From the NCBI GenBank assembly GCA_963665095.1, contig OY762069.1, positions 6,592,001 to 6,656,000 of the forward strand: DNA of 64,000 nucleotides, written 5' to 3'. The stretch comes from an uncultured Desulfobacter sp. Lineage in GTDB: Bacteria; Desulfobacterota; Desulfobacteria; Desulfobacterales; Desulfobacteraceae. The position numbers were made by a program, and so were the translations under genes. Shown piece by piece: positions 20,742 through 30,603 of this stretch. Below the pieces are notes generated by a model. The model made no database searches, was not told the DNA's origin, and saw only the letters and a list, made by a program, of their open reading frames with translations. How positions within the stretch are numbered: the stretch's first letter is position 1; each line of letters opens with the position of its first letter.

Positions 20742-22286
20742 ATGGCAGACCATCTTTTGTCCATCGACTGCGGCACCCAGAGCATCCGGGCGCTTGTTTT
20801 TGATGCCAGCGGCAATATGCTGGCAGGATCCCAGAAAGAGTACGCCCCATATGAAAGTCCTGAACCGGGCCTTGCCGAACAGGACCCTGAGGTGTTCTGG
20901 CAGGGACTGATCCAGGTGTGCCGGACCATCCGGAAAGACTACCCAAAGCTTATGGCGCGTGTGGCCGGGGTGGGGGTGGCGGCCCAGCGGGACACCATGA
21001 TCAATGTGGACGAAAAAGGAGAGCCGCTTCGGCCCGCCATTGTCTGGATGGACCAGCGAAGGGCACAGCCTGAGTTTGCCGCCACAGGAATTCTGGGGGG
21101 TGCTGTGGCACTCACCGGACTGAAAAAACGCCTCATGGACGCCCAGGCCCAGGCCAAATGCAACTGGCTGCGCCAGAAACAACCTGCTATCTGGCAGGTT
21201 ACCCACAAGTACCTGCAGGTGTCGGGGTTTTTGAACTTCCGGCTCACCGGCCTTTTTAACGATTCCATTGCCTCCCAGATCGGGCACGTGCCCTTTGATT
21301 ATAAAAAACAGACCTGGGCTGGAAATTTGAGCCTGACCCGCAGGCTTTTTCCCATTGAACCCTCAAAACTGCCCATGCTGGCAGAACCAGGTAAAATTTT
21401 GGGAAATGTGACACCGGAGGCTGCCGCACTCACCGGCATCCCGGCGGGGCTTCCCGTGATCGCCTGCGGATCGGACAAAGGGTGTGAAACCCTGGGCAAC
21501 GGCGTTACCGACCCATCCATGGTCTCTTTGAGTTTCGGGACCATGGCCACGGTGCAGACCACCACACCAAAGTACTTTGAGGCCATCTCCCTGATGCCGC
21601 CTTATCCGGCCCCCATGCCCGGCCACTTTAATCCTGAGGTGGAGATTTACCGGGGCTTCTGGATGATCTCCTGGTTTAAGAACCAGTTTGCCCATAAAGA
21701 GGTGGAAGAGGCAAAAGCGGCAGGAACGGTGCCAGAAAAATTGCTGGACCAGTGCCTGGATCGCACCCCGCCGGGTGCCATGGGCCTTGTGGTGCAGCCT
21801 TACTGGGGACCGGGCCTTGAGCGGCCCGGGGCCAAGGGTGCCATGATCGGGTTCGGTGACGTCCATACCCGTGACCATGTTTACCGGGCCGTGATCGAGG
21901 GTCTTGGCTTTGCCCTGAAAGAGGGGATGGAGGCGATCCAGGCCAAGTCCGGGGTAAAGGTCCAGGCGTGTGCACTGTCCGGGGGTGCCAGTCAGAGCGA
22001 GGCCATCTGCCGGATTGCCGCTGATATTTTTAACCTGCCCATGCAGGCCGGGGCCACCCATGAAACCTCCGGCCTAGGTGCGGCCGTGGTAACGGCTGCC
22101 GGCACCGGCATCTATCCGGACATCAAAACCGCCTGTACCCGAATGACCCGGCCGGCAAAACGGTTTGAACCGGACCCCTCCCACGCGGCCGTGTATGAGC
22201 AGCTCTATCATCAGGTCTATAAAAAGATGTATCACCGTCTGTCGCCTTTGTATAAACAGATTCAAACCATAACAGGATATCCTTGA
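20742..22286 (+). CDS. FGGY-family carbohydrate kinase
   Basis: SIDCGTQSIR, EQDP, WMDQR, YRAVIEG, SGGASQS, SGLGAA. Confidence 0.92.
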   Translation: MADHLLSIDCGTQSIRALVFDASGNMLAGSQKEYAPYESPEPGLAEQDPEVFWQGLIQVCRTIRKDYPKLMARVAGVGVAAQRDTMINVDEKGEPLRPAIVWMDQRRAQPEFAATGILGGAVALTGLKKRLMDAQAQAKCNWLRQKQPAIWQVTHKYLQVSGFLNFRLTGLFNDSIASQIGHVPFDYKKQTWAGNLSLTRRLFPIEPSKLPMLAEPGKILGNVTPEAAALTGIPAGLPVIACGSDKGCETLGNGVTDPSMVSLSFGTMATVQTTTPKYFEAISLMPPYPAPMPGHFNPEVEIYRGFWMISWFKNQFAHKEVEEAKAAGTVPEKLLDQCLDRTPPGAMGLVVQPYWGPGLERPGAKGAMIGFGDVHTRDHVYRAVIEGLGFALKEGMEAIQAKSGVKVQACALSGGASQSEAICRIAADIFNLPMQAGATHETSGLGAAVVTAAGTGIYPDIKTACTRMTRPAKRFEPDPSHAAVYEQLYHQVYKKMYHRLSPLYKQIQTITGYP

Positions 22287-22287
22287 A

Positions 22288-23982
22288 ATGAGTTCACAGC
22301 CCAAGACGCCATTCGTCCCTGCCTGGATTGAGACCCCGCCCGGCCAAAATACCTTTCGTTCCATCTTGAAATGGGGGGCACCGGACGCCTTTAAAAATCC
22401 CAGCCCCGGATTCTTAAAGGTGATTAAAGAACAGCTTCATCTGACGGATTCTGATTTCAAGGCCCCGGCAGATACAGGAAACAACCAGATCCCCGATACC
22501 ATTGAATCGACCCCGGCGGCGCTGAATGTCGCGGCATTTGAAGAGGTTGCAGGCATGGAAAATGTCTGTGTCAGCGGTCCTGAGCGGCTTCGGTATTCCA
22601 GCGGCAAGGCCATGGAGGATCTCATGGCGCTTCGTAAAGGGAACATATCGGATACCTGCGACATTGTGGTCCATCCCAGGGATAAGGCAGATGTGCAGAA
22701 GGTGGTGGCCCTGTGCCATGAGAAGCGAATCCCTTTGCATATCTACAGCGGGGGCAGTTCCGTGGTCTCCGGCCTTAACTGTCCAAAGGGCGGGGTGACG
22801 CTGGTGATCTCCACCCATATGAACCGGATGATCCGGTTTAATGAGACGGACCAGACCATCACCGTGGAGCCGGGCATGTCAGGGCCTTTTTACGAGGAAC
22901 TGCTCAACCAGGCAAAAACGCGGCTCAACGCCCGGTGCGCCTATACCGGGGGCCATTTCCCCCAGAGTTTTGAGTTCTCCACAGTGGGTGGCTGGATATC
23001 GGCCCTTGGGTCGGGCCAGGCATCCTCCCTTTACGGGGATGCCGCCGATCTCGTTATCGCCCAGGAGTATGTGACCCCCGCCGGCACCTTTGAAACCCAT
23101 GCCTATCCGGCCACAGCCACAGGCCCCAAGGTGGGTGAAATCATGAAAGGGTCGGAAGGCGCTTTGGGTGTGCTGGTCTCCGTGACTTTGAAAGTATTTG
23201 AATACCTGCCTGAAAATAACCGGCAGTTTGCCTTTATGTTTCCCGATTTTACAACCGCTGTTGAAGCCGGCCGTATGATTTGCCAGGGCCGGTTCGGCAT
23301 GCCCGCCATTTTCAGAATCTCCGATGCCGAGGAGACCGATGTGGCGCTTCAGATGTACGGCCTTGACAAAGGGATTCTGGCAAAATTTCTGAAATTCAGG
23401 GGCATGGAGCCGGGCAAACGGTGTCTGGTCATGGGCCAGGCCGAAGGGGAGAAAGGCTTTGCCGCCAATGTGGCAAGAATGGTGAAAAAAACCGCAAAGC
23501 AGCACGGCGGCCTCTATCTCACCGGCTATCCCATGGCCAAGTGGTACCACGGCCGGTTTTCCGACCCTTATCTGCGGGATGCCCTCAATGATTTCGGGGT
23601 CCTCATCGACACCCTGGAGTGCGCCACTACCTGGGAGAACCTGCACCACCTGCACCGGGAGGTAAGGGCTAAGGTGAAATCCAGGCCCCGTACCATCTGC
23701 ATGACCCATGCATCCCATTTTTACGCCCAGGGCACCAATCTCTATTTTATTTTCATCACCCGGGAGTCGGATCTTGAGGATTTCAGGCGATACCAGCGCA
23801 CCATCATTGACGCCATTGAGGCGGCTGGCGGATCTTTAAGCCACCACCACGGGGTCGGGCGGATGATGGCTCCGTGGATGGAACGGCATTTAGGCGCCGT
23901 TCAGATGGATATCCTGCGCGCACTTAAAAATCACCTCGATCCCAACGGTATCATGAATCCGGGTGCCTTGGGGCTGCCTTGA
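22288..23982 (+). CDS. FAD-binding oxidoreductase, alkyl-dihydroxyacetone-phosphate synthase-like
   Basis: GHFPQSFEFSTVGGW, GSEGALGV, RISDAEET, DTLE.A..W, HASHFY..GTNLYF, SLSHHHGVG, DPNGIMNPG. Confidence 0.85.
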   Translation: MSSQPKTPFVPAWIETPPGQNTFRSILKWGAPDAFKNPSPGFLKVIKEQLHLTDSDFKAPADTGNNQIPDTIESTPAALNVAAFEEVAGMENVCVSGPERLRYSSGKAMEDLMALRKGNISDTCDIVVHPRDKADVQKVVALCHEKRIPLHIYSGGSSVVSGLNCPKGGVTLVISTHMNRMIRFNETDQTITVEPGMSGPFYEELLNQAKTRLNARCAYTGGHFPQSFEFSTVGGWISALGSGQASSLYGDAADLVIAQEYVTPAGTFETHAYPATATGPKVGEIMKGSEGALGVLVSVTLKVFEYLPENNRQFAFMFPDFTTAVEAGRMICQGRFGMPAIFRISDAEETDVALQMYGLDKGILAKFLKFRGMEPGKRCLVMGQAEGEKGFAANVARMVKKTAKQHGGLYLTGYPMAKWYHGRFSDPYLRDALNDFGVLIDTLECATTWENLHHLHREVRAKVKSRPRTICMTHASHFYAQGTNLYFIFITRESDLEDFRRYQRTIIDAIEAAGGSLSHHHGVGRMMAPWMERHLGAVQMDILRALKNHLDPNGIMNPGALGLP

Positions 23983-23988
23983 TTTGGT

Positions 23989-25257
23989 TTAAAATAGTCC
24001 GGTAAACGGATTGGACAGCTTTTTATCAATTCGGTTCAGGTTTGCCAGCCGTTTCATATCCCGGGTCAGGTTATCCATGCACTGCTCAATGGATTCCCGG
24101 GTGTCCAGGATATCTTTCCGGGTCTGGATCATATCGAAAAACGTATTAACCACAACCGGATCAAACCGGGTGCCGCTGCCGATTCTCAGCTGTCCCAGGG
24201 CTGCGGTCAGGCCCATTTTGCCAAGCTTGGCCCGGCCCGATATCATGGTGTCAAAGGCATCACAGAGCGTGATGATCCGGGCACCTAAGGGAATCTGTTC
24301 TCCTTTGATCCCGTCGGGGTAGCCTGTGCCGTCAAACAGTTCATGGTGGGCCCGGACAAGCGGAGAGATGTCTCCTAAAAATGTCAACGGCGCAAGAATG
24401 TCTGCCCCGAGCACCGGGTGTTTTTTAATATCTTCCATCTGTCTGGCGTTGAGTTTTCCCAAACGGCTCAGGGTCTGGTCCCGGGTGCCGATTTTGCCGA
24501 TGTCATGCAGGAGGGCGGCATGGTGGATTCTGTCAATTTCCCCATTTTCCAAACCCATGTGTACAGCCACAGCCTTTGCCAGCCTTGCAACGGTCTTAGA
24601 GTGACCGTGGGTGGCCGGGTCCCGGGCCTCAATGGCCAGAGCAAACCCCTTGATAATCTGTCCGTACAGATCCAGCATCTGTTCGTCGTACACCAGGGCC
24701 TTTTCAAGGGCGATGGCACCCTGCTCGGACAGGGCCGTTAAAAATTCAAGCTCATCTTCGGACAGGGTGCGTGTGGCGGTAAAGTAGACGGCAAGAAGGC
24801 CTTTAAAGGAGCCCGTGATATCCACATAAAGGCCGGTAATGGCATTGATCAGGTGTTTGCCCAAACGCTCGAGATCCGGGATGCGGGGGTCATTTCGGGC
24901 ATCTGTGATGACAATGGGGCCAAAAGTGTCAGGATCAAACAGGGTGACCAGGGTGGAATAGTCCACCCGCGAAAGACTGCGAAAATCAAACCCGTGGCTG
25001 ATCTTGGTTTCGATTTTTTGGCTCTGGGTATTCAGAATCCAGAAAATGGCGCCCTTGGCACGCAGCAGATCTGCGGAATGGGAGACAATGCAGGACAGAA
25101 TGTCGGCCACCCCGGTGTTTGCATGGATCTGCTTGCTGATGCCGGCAAACAGTCGGAAATAATCCCGGAACCGGTCTGACGGGTTTTGCTTTTGATCTGG
25201 GGAATGGGTTGTCTGTCCGGTTTTCCTGGGAGGCAAAAGGGATGAAGGGATATTCAT
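23989..25257 (-). CDS. GAF + HD-GYP cyclic-dinucleotide phosphodiesterase
   Basis: GAF domain; THGHS, LHDIGK, HHELFDGTGYP, GARII..CDAFD. Confidence 0.92.
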   Translation of the reverse strand: MNIPSSLLPPRKTGQTTHSPDQKQNPSDRFRDYFRLFAGISKQIHANTGVADILSCIVSHSADLLRAKGAIFWILNTQSQKIETKISHGFDFRSLSRVDYSTLVTLFDPDTFGPIVITDARNDPRIPDLERLGKHLINAITGLYVDITGSFKGLLAVYFTATRTLSEDELEFLTALSEQGAIALEKALVYDEQMLDLYGQIIKGFALAIEARDPATHGHSKTVARLAKAVAVHMGLENGEIDRIHHAALLHDIGKIGTRDQTLSRLGKLNARQMEDIKKHPVLGADILAPLTFLGDISPLVRAHHELFDGTGYPDGIKGEQIPLGARIITLCDAFDTMISGRAKLGKMGLTAALGQLRIGSGTRFDPVVVNTFFDMIQTRKDILDTRESIEQCMDNLTRDMKRLANLNRIDKKLSNPFTGLF

Positions 25258-25275
25258 GAAACGTGTCTCTCCTTT

Positions 25276-26448
25276 TTAAAAAAAATTCATCCAGGCCTGA
25301 TTAAATGTTTTCGCCATTTTTTTCTGGAACCGGGCCACCACATCCAGGTGCCGGTTCAACGCCTTAATCTGCTCCGGTTCAAGGGCATCCAGATCAATGC
25401 AGTTGGGTTCCAGGTGGCCGGTGCTGCCGGTCAGATGGGTTTTCAGCTTCAGCCGGGTCAGAAAGATAAAGGTGTCCATTAAGTCTTGGCACGCCTGCTC
25501 GGAAAGCACCTGGTCCCGGCCCAGCCGTTCCAGCCGATGGAGTGTGGCAGGTGTACGGATACCGTGGTTTACGGCAAATATCCGGGCTCCGTTAACCAGG
25601 TGGGCCAGGCCCTGGGTTTTCAGGTTAAAGCACCTGGAACAGCCTTTCTTTTTAATTGTTCTGATCCGGTTGAATCTGGTTTTAGGTGGCGCAAACAACT
25701 GGTCGTCCCTGACCAGAAAGTGGCTGGCTGCCGTGTGGGCCTCAAAGTTTTTAAACACCCGTTCCTGCAGGGTTGCGCCCAGACGGGCATCCCCGAATAC
25801 AGGTTTAAAATCCAGGAATATGGTCAGTTTGCGCACCGCATCAGGGTCTGCAGATCCCACCCAGCTGTCCAGGGCCGTGAGCCACCTGCCAAGGGAGTGG
25901 CACCACTGAGGGTTGCTGGCCATGATATTTCCCTTGCACAGGGCAAACCCGAACCGGTCCAGCCCGGCTGTCACTGTCCTGCCGAGTTGCGCAAAATAGT
26001 CGGCGGCCGGATTCAGCATATCTTCGGGTGGGTCTGCATAGATCAGGGCATTGTCCTGGTCGGTTCTGATTACCTGTTCTCCCCTGGCATCAGATCCCAT
26101 GGAGATCCAGCAGAAGGGCAGGGGCGGACCGTTTCCCGTCCCGGCTTCTATGTCCGCCATACTGTCCCGGATGATTCTGGCGGTTACGAGGGTGTTGAAC
26201 CGGGATACCCGGTCAAACAGAAACGACAGGGATGGCTTTTCAAATGTGGCAGGCATTGTCAGGCACGCAAGAATCCAGTCATCCATCCGGTCGGCAAGGC
26301 CTGAATCATACAGGTCAAGGTCCGGAATTGTTTCAAGCAGGGCTTTATACTGGCGGTCCAGCCCCATAATACCCTCATGGGCAGGCTGTGCCGGTATATC
26401 CGGAAGCACCTTTAGTTTTCCCGGTTTTATTCTGTTCGGGGTATGCAT
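25276..26448 (-). CDS. DUF294 putative nucleotidyltransferase (no CBS/cNMP domains)
   Basis: MGSDARGEQ...TDQDNALIY, GFALCKGNIMASNPQW, IFLDF, NLK..GL, T..RL. Confidence 0.88.
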   Translation of the reverse strand: MHTPNRIKPGKLKVLPDIPAQPAHEGIMGLDRQYKALLETIPDLDLYDSGLADRMDDWILACLTMPATFEKPSLSFLFDRVSRFNTLVTARIIRDSMADIEAGTGNGPPLPFCWISMGSDARGEQVIRTDQDNALIYADPPEDMLNPAADYFAQLGRTVTAGLDRFGFALCKGNIMASNPQWCHSLGRWLTALDSWVGSADPDAVRKLTIFLDFKPVFGDARLGATLQERVFKNFEAHTAASHFLVRDDQLFAPPKTRFNRIRTIKKKGCSRCFNLKTQGLAHLVNGARIFAVNHGIRTPATLHRLERLGRDQVLSEQACQDLMDTFIFLTRLKLKTHLTGSTGHLEPNCIDLDALEPEQIKALNRHLDVVARFQKKMAKTFNQAWMNFF

Positions 26449-26451
26449 GGC

Positions 26452-28188
26452 TTATATAAAAAATACCTGGTTGCGTCCTTGAGACTTGGCTCTATAAAGG
26501 GCCTTGTCGGCCCGGTTGAACAGGGTTGTCTCATCTTCCCCGTCCCGGTACTGGGTGACACCAATGCTGATGGTGGCCTTCACCGGGGACCCGGTATGGA
26601 TATCGAACTCCGATAGTTCAAATTTTTTTCTGATACGCTCGGCAAGCTCTGCTGCATGGTTCAGAAGGGTTGCCGGCAGGATGATAGAAAATTCTTCGCC
26701 GCCGTACCGGCAGGCAATATCAGACTGCCGGACGCCGGAGAGCATCATCCGGCCCAGGGATTCAAGGACAATATCGCCTGCCGCATGGCCATAGGTATCA
26801 TTGACGGTTTTAAAATGGTCCACATCCAGAACCATTAAGGACAGCGGCGTTGATCTGCCCCTGATTCTCTGGATTTCCTGGGCGAGCGTTGTGAAAAAAT
26901 AACTTTTATTGTAAAGGCCTGTGAGGCTGTCGGTGATGGAGAGACGCTGAAGCACCTGGCTTTTTTTAAGCAGCTGGCCCCGTTCTTCTTTAAGGAGCCG
27001 GATCCGGTCTGCCAGGGCCATGGAGAGCAGCAGGGATTCGATGGCACTGCCTGTTAAGTGGGCATTGGTTGTTAGAAAATTGCTGGCAATGATACCGAAG
27101 CCTGCCGCACTGGCGGTAAATGAACCGATCATCATGGTGATCCAGGCCGCAAGGTAGCCCCTGGCAGGTGAAAAACCCTGGTACAGGCGCCGGAACCCGG
27201 CTGTCAGCACAATGGCCGGGCAGGCAAACCCCAGAATGTGGAGAATGACATTGGCCTGTTTGGGATATCCCGCAAAGTTCAGAAGAATGTCCAGTCCGCC
27301 AACGATAATGCATCCCCAGATCATTTTATGAAGAATGGGCAGATGGTGTTTGGAGTTCAGAAACCGCAGGGTGAACAGGCAGGCAAATATCAGGGCCAGT
27401 AACAAAAGGGCAGGGCCAAGAAAGCGCAGATGGGGAACACCCAGAATATTGATCAGGTTCACCCGTACAAACAGGTAGGTCAGAAAAAGTAAGATATATA
27501 AAATGTACAGAAAATAGATCCTGTCCATAATGACCAGCCATAAAAACAGGTTGTACAGTATCATTGCGGACATGATTCCGATGATGATCCCGAAAAATCC
27601 CAGTTCCTTCCATGTGGCTTTCAAAAAGGTGATATTATCTTCAATAAACACGGTAAAATTCAGGGAAGCATGATAATACGGGCTGGAAGGATCAATTCGA
27701 AGATAGATGTAATGGTTGCCGGAAAGGCCGGCAGGCAGAGAAAATACCGGGTAGCAGTATCGGTAGGTCTGGCTGGATGGATTCTGGAAAGTGCCGGCTT
27801 TGATCCTGGTATATGATATATCCGCCCCGGTTTCTCTGGGCAGGAACAGATCCACATAGGCGAAATCTTTATCAATTACCAGAAGCTCGCTGCTGTGGTC
27901 TGATGCGGACAAATCGCTATCATCATGTAAAAGGAACCTGACCCACACCACGGAGTGGGCTGTGCCGAATTTAAAGGACGATGACCCGGCCGTGGTGAAC
28001 TGCCTGCCTGTACCTGGTGTCAGGATATCTGTCAGGCCGAGTGTTTTGGTGTCATCCAGGAGATATTGAAGCTGCCGGCAACCTGAAGAGTGATGAACTT
28101 CCTGTTTGGACAGGACCGATACGGCACCGATTAAAATCAATATCAGGACAGACAAGCCTGAAACAATAATGTGGCGTTTTATACTCAT
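26452..28188 (-). CDS. 7TM-DISM sensor diguanylate cyclase
   Basis: Extracellular DISM domain, seven TM helices ending LLSMALADR, DSLTGLYN, DVDHFK, RQSD I-site, RYGGEEF. Confidence 0.93.
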   Translation of the reverse strand: MSIKRHIIVSGLSVLILILIGAVSVLSKQEVHHSSGCRQLQYLLDDTKTLGLTDILTPGTGRQFTTAGSSSFKFGTAHSVVWVRFLLHDDSDLSASDHSSELLVIDKDFAYVDLFLPRETGADISYTRIKAGTFQNPSSQTYRYCYPVFSLPAGLSGNHYIYLRIDPSSPYYHASLNFTVFIEDNITFLKATWKELGFFGIIIGIMSAMILYNLFLWLVIMDRIYFLYILYILLFLTYLFVRVNLINILGVPHLRFLGPALLLLALIFACLFTLRFLNSKHHLPILHKMIWGCIIVGGLDILLNFAGYPKQANVILHILGFACPAIVLTAGFRRLYQGFSPARGYLAAWITMMIGSFTASAAGFGIIASNFLTTNAHLTGSAIESLLLSMALADRIRLLKEERGQLLKKSQVLQRLSITDSLTGLYNKSYFFTTLAQEIQRIRGRSTPLSLMVLDVDHFKTVNDTYGHAAGDIVLESLGRMMLSGVRQSDIACRYGGEEFSIILPATLLNHAAELAERIRKKFELSEFDIHTGSPVKATISIGVTQYRDGEDETTLFNRADKALYRAKSQGRNQVFFI

Positions 28189-28361
28189 TTCGGATAGCGC
28201 GTGTATACGAGCACATTTAACTGTCAGTTAATACAAAAATATATGGAAGTGTCAAAATTGAAGCTATATTAGTTTGTTTTGGATGTCACTTCAAGAATAA
28301 TAAAAAACAGGAATGGACTGGTCATATCCCGGGGTGCCGGCGGAATATCCGGGGTTTTTTC

Positions 28362-28390
28362 TTGACGTACGCTGACGGCAGACATATGCT
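28362..28390 (+). promoter_or_regulatory. Sigma70 promoter for the LOG-fusion gene
   Basis: TTGACG-17-TATGCT, 56 nt before the ATG. Confidence 0.6.
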
Positions 28391-28446
28391 GACCCCCTGA
28401 TGGTTCTGAAGTTATTGCATGATTTCAATGAAATGTAGGATGTCTG

Positions 28447-30582
28447 ATGGATATACCCCAGATTATCAGCCCGGACGGTTACCTGGATACCATATTAGAC
28501 CGGGTTCCCGGACAGGAGCAGATGGATGTCCGGTTTTTGTTCCCTAAGGTGTCGGATTATATTGTGTCCTCTCTGAAAGAGGGCAAACCCTGGTTTTTTT
28601 CCGGCAGGAGCGGTAATGCCCAGATGGGTCTGCTGACAGACACCCATATGCCGGGAAATACCCAGCCGCCGCCGGAAATTGACGGATCAAAAATTCTGCT
28701 TCAGGGGATGATTAAAAATGTCAATCCCCTGCTGGCCAATGCCCTGGATCTGTTTGAACCGGGCGATGAAATCGGCCGGCTGGTGGTCATGGATCCGGAG
28801 CTCAGGATTCAGGATGTCCGTCATTATCTCCATAAACGGCTGTTTGTGGGAAACCGGGTTGGCAAAGGGTATTATGAAGGATTTTCCATCTGCAAGGAGA
28901 CAGATGCCCTGACCGGCAAACCCTGCGACTATATTGAAGTGGCCCTGTCACCCTACCAGTATTGTTTTGAGCCGGCTGCCATGACCCGGTCAAGTTTGAA
29001 TGCTGTGATTAAAAAAGGGCGAAGCGCGCTGAATTCCATCCGGTCCAGAGTTCAACTGGATTTAAGCCGGACCCTGCTTCATCCAAAAGATCTTTTTGTG
29101 GGCGCCATTAAAATTTCTCTGGGGGATATTTACGGAATTATTGATGCAGTGGCCGCACCGGAAAAAGACAATATCTTTCATCTGCCGGCACGGGTGCTGG
29201 ATCCGTTCCGGACCTTCAGGGACCGGCAGGTGGAGTTGTTTCATCTCGGGGATTCTCCTGTACCTTTAAGTGATATCCGCATCCGTATCCGTTTTTTCCG
29301 CAGTCACAATCCGCTTACGGTGCCGCTGGAAAAAACACGGGTGAAGGAAGGATACCGGCTGTGTGATATTTTTACCCATGCCGAGGTTGCCAATCTCTTT
29401 GCGGCCATGGAGGACGAGGCCATTGGCATGATTCTGAACAAGGGTAATTTTATCCAGGTGCCAAGCGCCCTGGATAGCAAAGGGGAAGCCCAGCTCGAGA
29501 TCATTAAGAACAGCCTTGCCCAGAGTACCCGGCGCCGCCACGAGCTGACCATCCCCCAGGCTGTGGGGGACCAGCTGAAACAGACTTTAGGCAAACTCTC
29601 GGTGCTGGGCGGGGTGAATTCCCGGGTGTTTATCGGCCGGCAGTTTCCCGAACGTGAGGTGGTGGATGCCCTGCGCAGGACCGGACTTCGCACCTTTTTA
29701 ATCAATGCTGAAAATCCGTGCTTCGCAGACGACGATATCCGGCACATGATTGCCCTGACCCATGCCGACCACATCCCCTGTGAGTTCATGCGGTATGACC
29801 CGGTGATTGACAAACTCTATTCATTTTACCATGGATGCTTCATGGAGCCGGATGACTGGGAACGCTTTGACCGGGTAAGGTTCTGGTTTGCCTTTTACGG
29901 TTCTCACACCAAGGAGGCGGACAACCAGCTGACCATTGATTTTATTAACCGTCTGGCACTTCGTTTGGGCGATGAGATGGGCATTGTCCATGGCGGCGGT
30001 CCCGGCCTGATGAAGGAGGCCAATGACCTGGCCCGGCAGCATAATATCATGAGCATTGGTATTGCCATTGCTCTGGAAGGGGAGAATCAGGCCTCGTTGA
30101 CCACCTGTGACGGGCTGATCAAATACAATGAGGGGCTGCGTCTGGCCCGCCAGGATCATCTTCAGAAGCTGAGCAACCTGCCGGTGATCAATACCGGCGG
30201 CTACGGCAGTGCCGAGGAGTTGAGCATTACCATCACCTCCATGAAGATCCATGAAAATCCCCTGGCCCCCATTATCCTGCTGGATCCGGATAACCTGTGG
30301 GAAAATGCCAGAAAACAGACCCAGATCATTGCGGATAAAAAGTATGGCCCCAGGTTTACACCCTGCCTGGTGAAATCCTGTGCAGATGCTGCCCAGGCTG
30401 AAGCCCATGTAATTGAATTTTTAACAGACCCCGATCTATGGTATCAAAAGAATACTATTCCTGCCGAAGACGTTGAAAAGGCAAGAACCAAGTCGGCGCG
30501 AATCCGTAAAACATTTTTATGCATTGATGATGTGGAGGTGTTTCGCAGGCCAAGTCCCCGCCTGGCCTCGGAGAATGAATAA
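28447..30582 (+). CDS. LOG (lysine decarboxylase-like / SLOG) family protein with ~470-aa unassigned N-terminal region
   Basis: C-terminal AFYGS, HGGGPGLM, SIGI, RQ, TGGYGSAEEL, PIILL motifs. Confidence 0.8.
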   Translation: MDIPQIISPDGYLDTILDRVPGQEQMDVRFLFPKVSDYIVSSLKEGKPWFFSGRSGNAQMGLLTDTHMPGNTQPPPEIDGSKILLQGMIKNVNPLLANALDLFEPGDEIGRLVVMDPELRIQDVRHYLHKRLFVGNRVGKGYYEGFSICKETDALTGKPCDYIEVALSPYQYCFEPAAMTRSSLNAVIKKGRSALNSIRSRVQLDLSRTLLHPKDLFVGAIKISLGDIYGIIDAVAAPEKDNIFHLPARVLDPFRTFRDRQVELFHLGDSPVPLSDIRIRIRFFRSHNPLTVPLEKTRVKEGYRLCDIFTHAEVANLFAAMEDEAIGMILNKGNFIQVPSALDSKGEAQLEIIKNSLAQSTRRRHELTIPQAVGDQLKQTLGKLSVLGGVNSRVFIGRQFPEREVVDALRRTGLRTFLINAENPCFADDDIRHMIALTHADHIPCEFMRYDPVIDKLYSFYHGCFMEPDDWERFDRVRFWFAFYGSHTKEADNQLTIDFINRLALRLGDEMGIVHGGGPGLMKEANDLARQHNIMSIGIAIALEGENQASLTTCDGLIKYNEGLRLARQDHLQKLSNLPVINTGGYGSAEELSITITSMKIHENPLAPIILLDPDNLWENARKQTQIIADKKYGPRFTPCLVKSCADAAQAEAHVIEFLTDPDLWYQKNTIPAEDVEKARTKSARIRKTFLCIDDVEVFRRPSPRLASENE

Positions 30583-30603
30583 TCATACGGGAAGTTCAAA
30601 TTT

